Made by a program: the position numbers and the translations under genes. Source: the human T2T-CHM13v2.0 reference genome, Homo sapiens. From it: a stretch of 64,000 nucleotides of DNA. The first letter of the stretch is position 1. Every line of letters begins with the position of its first letter. The notes under the pieces are model-generated. The model was not told the origin of the DNA. It searched no databases and saw only the letters and a list, made by a program, of their open reading frames with translations. Of this stretch, positions 56,166 to 64,000 are shown one piece after another. Location of the stretch: contig CP086569.2 of NCBI GenBank assembly GCA_009914755.4, positions 61,888,001 to 61,952,000 on the forward strand, in the 5' to 3' direction.

Positions 56166-59100
56166 GAGAATCAAATGGAATTGAATCGAATGGAATCGAA
56201 TGGATTGGAAAGGAATAGAATGGAATGGAATGGAACTGACTCAAATGGAATGGACTAGAATGGAATGGAGTCGAATGGAAGGCAAAGGAATAGAATCTAT
56301 TGGAATGGACTGTAATGGAATGGAATGGAAGGGATTGGAATGGACTCGAATGGAATGGACTGCAATAGAAAGGATTCGAATGGAATGAAAAAGAATTGAA
56401 TGGAATAGAACAGAATGGAATCAAATCGAATGTAACGGAATGGAATTGAAAGGAATGGAATGAAATGGAATGGAAAGGATTCGAATGGAATGCAATCGAA
56501 GGGAATGCAATCGAATGGAATGGAATCGAACGGAATGGAATAAAATGGAAGAAAACTGGCAAGAAATGGAATCGAAATGAATGGAGTGTTATGGAACGGA
56601 CTCAAAAGCAATTGAGTGTAATAGAATGGAGTGGAGTGGACTCGAATATAATGGACTGCAAAGGAATGGAATCACATGGAATGGGAACGAATGGAATGGA
56701 ATGGAAAGGAATGGAATCGAATGGAAAGGAATCGAATGGAAGGGAATGAAATTGAATCAACAGGAATGAAAGGGAATAGAATAGACTGTAATGGAATGGA
56801 CTCGAATAGAATGGACACGAATGCTCAAATTGAATGGACTCGTATAGAATGGAAACGAAAGGAATGTCATCGAATGGAATTGAACCCATTGGAATGAAAT
56901 CGCATAGAATGGAGTGGAATCAAATGGAATTGAATCGAAAGTAAAGGAAGCGAATGGACTGAAATGAAATGGAATTGAATTGAATGGAAAGTAATGCAAT
57001 GGAATGGAATGGAACGAAATTTCACGTAATGGAATCAAACAGAATGGAATCAAATCAATGGAATATAATCAAATGGAATGGATAGGAATTGAATGGAATA
57101 GATTGGACTGGAAGTGATTGGAATGCAATGGAATGGGAAGGACTCGAATTTCATGAAACGGAATGGAATGGACTCGAATGGAATGGAATGTCATGGAATG
57201 GCATCAAATGGAATGGCATCAAATGGAATGGAATGGAATGCAATCGAATGTTATGGAATGGAATGGGATGCATTGGAATGAAATGTCCTCTAATGGAATG
57301 GATTCGAGTGGAATGGAATCGAATATAATGGAGTCGAATGATAAGGAATTGAAAGGAATGGGATCGAATAGAATGGAATATACTGGAATGTAATGTAATG
57401 AAGTCGAATGTAATTGACTGGAATGGAATGTACGTAAATGGAATGTAATCGAATGGAAGGTAATCCAATGGAATAGAATCTAATGCAATAAAATCGACTC
57501 GAATGGAATAGAATGGAATGGAATGGAATGCAGTGCAGTGGAACGGAATGGAATGGAATGCAATGGAGTGGAATGGAATGGAATGGAATGGAATGGAATG
57601 GTATGGAATGGATAGTAATGGACTGGAGTGAAATGGACTGGAAAGGAATGGACTCAAATTGAAAGGGCTCGAAAGGAATGGAGTCAAATGGAATGATCTG
57701 AAATGGAATGAACTCGAATGTAATACAATCCAATAGAATGGAAACAAATGGAATGGAATTGAATGGAATGGAATTGAATGGAATGGGAACGAATGGAGTG
57801 AAATTGTATGGAATAGAAGAGAATAGAATGGAATGCAAGGGAAAGGAAAGGAATGGATTGGAATGGAATGGAATTCATTGGGATGGAAGGGAATGTAGTG
57901 TAATGGACAGGCCTGGAATAAACTGGAATGCTACGGTCTCGAATGGAATAAAAATGTATGGAATGGAATGCAATGAAACGGAATCGAATGTCATAGAATG
58001 TAATGGAATGCAAAAAAATGGACTCCAAAATCATTGACTGGAAAGGCTGGGTGTCGAAAGGAATTGACTCCAATGGAATGGAATCGAATGGAATGGAAGT
58101 GAATAGAATCGAACTAAATCGAATGGAATGGAATTGATAGGAACGGAATGGAAAGGAATGGAATGATTTGGCATGGAATGGAATCGAATGACATCGAATG
58201 GAATGGAATGGAATGCAATGGAATGTAATGTATTAGAATGTAATGAACTTTAATGGGATGTACTCGAATGGATTCGACTGGAATGGAATGTTCTGGAAGT
58301 GAATGGACTCCAATGGAATGGAATCGAACGGAATGGAATCTAATGGAATGGAATTAAATGGAAAGGAATCAAATGGAATAGCACGGAATTTAATTGAATG
58401 GAATCGAATGCAATGGAATCTAATGAAACGGAAAGGAATGGAATGGAATGGGCTGGAATGGAATGGGCTGGAATGGAATGGAATCGAAACGAATGGAATG
58501 GAATCGAACTGCAGATACTGCAATGGAATGTACTGGTATGCAACGGAGTGTAATGGAAGGTTCTCGAAAAGAATGGAATCGAATGGAATGGAATTGAATG
58601 GAACGGAATAGAGTCGAATGGAATTGAATGGAATGGAATTGACTAGAGTGAAATGTAATCGAATCACAAGGAATGGACAGGAATAGAATGGTCTCGAATT
58701 GAATGGAATCGTATGGAATGGCATCAAACGGAATGGAATGGACAGCCACGTAATGGAAAGCACTCGAATGCAATGGAGTCGAAACTAATGGACTGGAATA
58801 GAATGGACTCGACTGGTACGGACTCCAATGGAATGGAATGGAATGGAAGGGAATCGAACGGAATGGACTCGAAGTGAAAAGACTGCAACGGAAAGGTTTC
58901 GAATGGAATGGAAATTAATGGAATGGAATGGAATCGAATGAAATGGAGTCAAAAGGAATGGAATCGAATGGCAAGGAATCGAATGTAATGGAATCGCAAG
59001 GAATGGATGTGAACGGAACAGAATGGAATGGAATCAAAAGGAATGGAATAGAATGGAATGGAATCGAATGGAAAGGACTCGAATGGAAATCACTTGAATA

Positions 59101-59654
59101 GAATGAAATTTAATAAAATAGGATCAAATATAATGGAATGGAATGGAAAGGAATTGAAGCGAAAGGAATAGAGACAGATGGAATGGAATGGAACAGAGAG
59201 CAATGGTATAGAATGGAATGGAATCATCTGGAATGGAATTTAATGGAATGGAATAATATGATATGGAATGGAATGGAATGGAATGCCCTTGAATGAAATG
59301 GACTGGAATGGAATGGACTCGAACAGAGTGGAATGGAAAGTGTTGAAATAGAATGGAATGGACTCCTTTGGAATGGTCTAGTATGCAATGCAATCGACTG
59401 GCAGGGAATCAAAAGGAATGTAATCGAATGGATTGGACTGGAATGCAATGGAGTCGAATAGATAGGAAACGGAATGCAAAGGAATGGAATGGAATAGTAT
59501 GGAATGGAATGGAAAGGAATGGAGTGGAATAGACTAGAGTGGAATGGAATGGACTCGAAAGCAATGGACTGGAATGGAACTTTCTTGAATGGACTGGAAT
59601 CAAACGGAATGGAATGCAATACAATCAAATGGCATGGAATAAAATAGAATGAAA
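56166..59654 (+). repeat. HOR copy 17 (3489 bp), domain 2, subtype B
   Basis: Delimited by the landmark at 56166 and 59655. It carries the gaacccattggaatgaaatcgcatag block (~56881). Confidence 0.85.
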
Positions 59655-62600
59655 GAGAATCAAATGGAATTGAATCGAATGGAATCGAATGGATTGGAAA
59701 GGAATAGAATGGAATGGAATGGAACTGACTCAAATGGAATGGACTAGAATGGAATGGAGTCGAATGGAAGGCAAAGGAATAGAATCTATTGGAATGGACT
59801 GTAATGGAATGGAATGGAAGGGATTGGAATGGACTCGAATGGAATGGACTACAATAGAAAGGATTCGAATGGAATGAAAAAGAATTGAATGGAATAGAAC
59901 AGAATGGTATCAAATCGAATGTAACGGAATGGAATTGAAAGGAATGGAATGAAATGAAATGGAAAGGATTCGAATGGAATGCAATCGAAGGGAATGCAAT
60001 CAAATGGAATGGAATCGAACGGAATGGAATAAAATGGAAGAAAACTGGCAAGAAATGGAATCGAAATGAATGGAGTGTTATGGAACGGACTCAAAAGTAA
60101 TTGAATGTAATTGAATGGAGTGGAGTGGACTCGAATATAATGGACTGGAATGGAACGGAATCACATGGAATGGGAACGAATGGAATGGAATGGAAAGGAA
60201 TGGAATCGAATGGAAAGGAATCGAATGGAAGGGAATGAAATTGAATCAACAGGAATGGAAGGGAATAGAATAGACTGTAATGGAATGGACTCGAATAGAA
60301 TAGACACGAATGTTCAAATTGAATGGACTCGTATAGAATGGAAACGAAAGGAATGTCATCGAATGGAATTGAATCCATTGGAATGAAATCGCCTAGAATG
60401 GAGTGGAATCAAATGGAATTGAATCGAAAGTAAAGGAAGCGAATGGACTGAAATGAAATGGAATGGAATTGAATGGAAAGTAATGCAATGGAATGGAATG
60501 GAAAGAAATTTCACGGAATGGAATCAAACAGAATGGAATCAAATCAATGGAATATAATCAAATGGAATGGATAGGAATTGAATGGAATAGATTGGATTGG
60601 AAGGGATTGGAATGCAATGGACTGGGAAGGACTCGAATTTCATGAAACGGAATGGAATGGACTCGAATGGAATGGAATGTCATGGAATGGCATCAAATGG
60701 AATGGCATCAAATGGAATGGAATCGAATGCAATGGAATGTTATGGAATGGAATGGAATGAATTGGAATGAAATGTCCTCTAATGGAATGGATTCGAGTGG
60801 AATGGAATCGAATATAATGGAGTCGAATGAAATGGAATTGAAAGGAATGGGATCGAATAGAATGGAACATACTGGAATGTAATGTAATGAAGTCGAATGT
60901 AGTTGACTGGAATGGAATGTACGTGAATGGAATGTAATCGAATGGAAAGTAATCCAATGGAATAGAATCTAATGCAATAAAATCGTCTCGAATGGAATAG
61001 AATGGAATGGAATGGAATGCAGTGCAATGGAACTGAATGGAATGGAATGCAATGGAGTGGAGTGGAATGGAATGGAATGGGATGGAATGGTATGGAATGG
61101 ATAGTAATGGACTGGAGTGAAATGGACTGGAAAGGAATGGACTCTAATTTAAAGGGCTCGAAAGGAATGGAGTCAAATGGAATGATCTGGAATGGAAGGA
61201 ACTCGAATGTAATGCAATCCAATAGAATGGAAACAAATGGAATGGAATTGAATGGAATGGAATTGAATGGAATGGGAACGAATGAAGTGAAATTGTATGG
61301 AATAAAAGAGTATAGAATGGAATGCAAGGGAAAGGAAAGGAATGGATTGGAATGGAATGGAATTCATTGGAATGGAAGGGAATGTAGTGTAATGGACAGG
61401 CCTGGAATAAACTGGAATTCTACGGTCTCGAATGGAATAAAAATGTATGGAATGGAATGCAGTGAAACGAATCGAATGTCATAGAATGTAACGGAATGCA
61501 AAAAAATGGACTCCAAAATCATTGACTGGAAAGGCTGGGTGTCGGAAGGAATTGACTCCAATGGAATGGAATCGAATGGAATGGAAGTGAATAGAATCGA
61601 ACTAAATCGAATGGAATGGAATTGATAGGAACGGAATGGAAAGGAATGGAATGATTTGGCATGGAATGGAATCGAATGGCATCGAATGGAATGGAATGGA
61701 ATGCAGTGGAATGGAATGTATTAGAATGTAATGAACTTTAATGGGATGTACTCGAATGGATTCGACTGGAATGGAATGTTCTGGAAGTGAATGGACTCCA
61801 ATGGAATGGATTCGAAAGGAATGGAATCGAACGGAATGGAATCTAATGGAATGGAATTAAATGGAAAGGAATCAAATGGAATAGCACGGAATTGAATTGA
61901 ATGGAATCGAATGCAATGGAATCTAATGAAACGGAAAGGAAAGGAATGGAATGGAATGGAATGGGCTGGAATGGAATGGAATCGAAACGAATGGAATGGA
62001 ATCGAACTGCAGAGACTGCAATGGAATGTACTGGAATGCAAGGGAGTGTAATGGAAGGTTCTCGAAAAGAATGGAATCGAATGGAATGGAATTGAATGGA
62101 ACGGAATAGAGTCGAATGGAATTGAATGGAATGGAATGGACTAGAGTGAAATGGAATCGAGTCACAAGGAATGGACAGGAATAGAATGGTCTCGAATTGA
62201 ATGGAATCGTATGGAATGGCATCAAACGGAATGGAATGGACAGCCACGGAATGGAATGCACTCGAATGCAATGGAGTCGAAACTAATGGACTGGAATAGA
62301 ATGGACTCGACTGGTACGGACTCCAATGGAATGGAATGGAATGGAAGGGAATCGAACGGAATGGACTCGAAGTGAAAAGACTGCAACGGAAAGGTTTCGA
62401 ATGGAATGGAAATTAATGGAATGGAATGGAATCGAATGAAATGGAGTCAAAAGGAATGGAATCGAATGGCAAGGAATCGAATGTAATGGAATCACAAGGA
62501 ATGGATGTGAACGGAACGGAATGGAATGGAATCAAAAGGAATGGAATAGAATGGAATGGAATCGAATGGAAAGGACTCTAATGGAAATCACTTGAATAGA

Positions 62601-63152
62601 AGGAAATTTAATAAAATAGGATCAAATATAATGGAATGGAATGGAAAGGAATCAAAACGAAAGGAATGGAGACAGATGGAAAGGAATGGAACAGAGAGCA
62701 ATGGTATAGAATGGAATGGAATCATCTGGAATGGAATTGAATGGAATGGAATAATATGATATGGAATGGAATGGAATGGAATGCCCTTAAATTAAATGGA
62801 CTGGAATGGAATGGACTCGAACAGAGTGGAATGGAAAGTGTTGAAATAGAATGGAATGGACTCCTTTGGAATGGTCTAGTATGCAATGCAATCGACTGGC
62901 AGGGAATCAAAAGGAATGTAATCGAATGGATTGGACTGGAATGCAATGGAGTCGAATAGATAGGAAACGGAATGCAAAGGAATGGAATGAAATAGTATGG
63001 AATGGAATGGAAAGGAATGGAGTGGAATAGACTAGAGTGGAATGGAATGGACTCGAAAGCAATGGACTGGAATGGAACTTTCTTGAATGGACTGGAATCA
63101 AACGGAATGGAATGCAATGCAATCAAATGGCATGGAATAAAATAGAATGAAA
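59655..63152 (+). repeat. HOR copy 18 (3498 bp), domain 2, subtype B; nearly identical to copy 19
   Basis: ORFs at 60091, 60150 and 59849 are identical to ORFs at 63589, 63648 and 63347. Only a few residues differ in the 275-aa minus-strand ORF. Confidence 0.85.
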
Positions 63153-64000
63153 GAGAATCAAATGGAATTGAATCGAATGGAATCGAATGGATTGGAAAGG
63201 AATAGAATGGAATGGAATGGAACTGACTCAAATGGAATGGACTAGAATGGAATGGAGTCGAATGGAAGGCAAAGGAATAGAATCTATTGGAATGGACTGT
63301 AATGGAATGGAATGGAAGGGATTGGAATGGACTCGAATGGAATGGACTACAATAGAAAGGATTCGAATGGAATGAAAAAGAATTGAATGGAATAGAACAG
63401 AATGGTATCAAATCGAATGTAACGGAATGGAATTGAAAGGAATGGAATGAAATGAAATGGAAAGGATTCGAATGGAATGCAATCGAAGGGAATGCAATCA
63501 AATGGAATGGAATCGAACGGAATGGAATAAAATGGAAGAAAACTGGCAAGAAATGGAATCGAAATGAATGGAGTGTTATGGAACGGACTCAAAAGTAATT
63601 GAATGTAATTGAATGGAGTGGAGTGGACTCGAATATAATGGACTGGAATGGAACGGAATCACATGGAATGGGAACGAATGGAATGGAATGGAAAGGAATG
63701 GAATCGAATGGAAAGGAATCGAATGGAAGGGAATGAAATTGAATCAACAGGAATGGAAGGGAATAGAATAGACTGTAATGGAATGGACTCGAATAGAATA
63801 GACACGAATGTTCAAATTGAATGGACTCGTATAGAATGGAAACGAAAGGAATGTCATCGAATGGAATTGAATCCATTGGAATGAAATCGCCTAGAATGGA
63901 GTGGAATCAAATGGAATTGAATCGAAAGTAAAGGAAGCGAATGGACTGAAATGAAATGGAATGGAATTGAATGGAAAGTAATGCAATGGAATGGAATGGA
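63153..64000 (+). repeat. HOR copy 19 (partial, truncated by the window end), subtype B
   Basis: The landmark sits at 63153. The sequence is nearly identical to the start of copy 18. Confidence 0.85.

Larger units (their letters stand above)
1..64000. repeat. HSat3-like pentameric satellite array (GGAAT)n on + strand / (ATTCC)n on - strand, continuous through the whole window and truncated at both ends
   Basis: The + strand is dominated by ggaat/ggaatggaatgg runs with diverged pentamers (gcaat, gtaat, ggact, gaatc, cgaat). The + strand is C-poor and G/A-rich. No non-satellite sequence interrupts the array. Every ORF in the track is a translation of the pentamer (MEWNG... on +, IPFHS... on -). 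Confidence 0.95.
30201..64000. repeat. Domain 2: older, more divergent layer of the same ~3.5 kb HOR family (copies 10-19), with variable periods of 3479-3669 bp
   Basis: The same segment order as the domain-1 HOR is kept, but with many substitutions and pentamer-multiple indels. The conserved landmark 'gagaatcaaatgg' recurs at 31508, 35000, 38508, 42020, 45509, 49178, 52657, 56166, 59655 and 63153. Confidence 0.9.

Noticed and set aside
1-64000. Hundreds of 60-313 aa ORFs on both strands (MEWNG.../IPFHS... peptides), some very long, e.g. 44964-45905 (313 aa) and 27769-28614 (281 aa)
   Set aside because: They are pure translations of the GGAAT/ATTCC pentamer, which has no stop codon in any frame. 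ORF boundaries fall at diverged pentamers. The same ORFs repeat every 3495 bp. The peptides are low-complexity with no domain-like content. ORFs overlap on both strands in all frames. None of this is consistent with genes.
1-64000. CRISPR array or other prokaryotic repeat system, prompted by the very regular repeats
   Set aside because: There is no repeat-spacer architecture. The periodicities are 5 bp and ~3.5 kb, not 25-40 bp repeats with unique spacers. The composition and motif are those of hominoid satellite III. There are no cas-like ORFs.
1-64000. Alpha-satellite, CENP-B box or centromere core
   Set aside because: There is no 171 bp periodicity and no CENP-B box (TTCGTTGGAAACGGGA). 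ggaaacggaatgcaatgg at ~3300 is only a chance partial resemblance.
1-64000. Telomeric or interstitial (TTAGGG)n, microsatellite or minisatellite of another class, or HSat2
   Set aside because: No TTAGGG runs are present. The array is dominated by clean ggaatggaatgg runs rather than the more degenerate ~23-26 bp HSat2 unit. It is HSat3-like, although an HSat2/3 subfamily call needs a database comparison.
1-64000. Transposable element insertions (Alu, L1 or SVA) interrupting the array
   Set aside because: I scanned for non-pentamer stretches longer than ~50 bp and found none. Every divergent island recurs once per HOR and is itself pentamer-derived.
1-64000. tRNA, rRNA or other structured ncRNA genes
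   Set aside because: There are no cloverleaf-compatible or rRNA-like segments. The sequence is uniformly low-complexity satellite.

Overview
The whole 64 kb window is one uninterrupted hominoid pericentromeric-type pentameric satellite. It is HSat3-like (GGAAT)n on the + strand and (ATTCC)n on the - strand, organised into a ~3.5 kb higher-order repeat (HOR). About 18.2 HOR copies are present, and the array runs off both ends of the window. There are no credible protein-coding genes, RNA genes, transposon insertions, CRISPR arrays or prokaryote-style systems. All ORFs in the track are compositional artefacts of the pentamer repeat. They translate to low-complexity 'MEWNG...' peptides on + and 'IPFHS...' peptides on -, and they recur with the HOR period.

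The interesting content is the internal architecture of the array:
- Domain 1 (1-25990) holds 7.4 HOR copies of exactly 3495 bp. Pairwise identity is about 99.8% or higher, with only a handful of SNPs.
- A mosaic transition zone (25991-30200) follows. HOR copy 8 switches to a divergent sequence type partway through and carries +20 bp and +40 bp indels. Copy 9 contains a 1.4 kb block that reverts to domain-1-identical sequence, and that block carries private variants shared only with copy 3.
- Domain 2 (30201-64000) is an older, more divergent layer of the same HOR family. Periods run 3479-3669 bp. It has at least two interspersed HOR subtypes, a 180 bp intra-HOR tandem duplication, locally homogenised neighbouring copies, and a GGCC (HaeIII) site once per unit that domain 1 lacks.

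The array is most consistent with a Y-chromosome DYZ1-like HSat3 array, but this cannot be confirmed without a database search. Nothing here supports a novel coding system. The value of the window is as a record of satellite-array evolution: layered amplification, unequal exchange, conversion tracts and pentamer-slippage indels.
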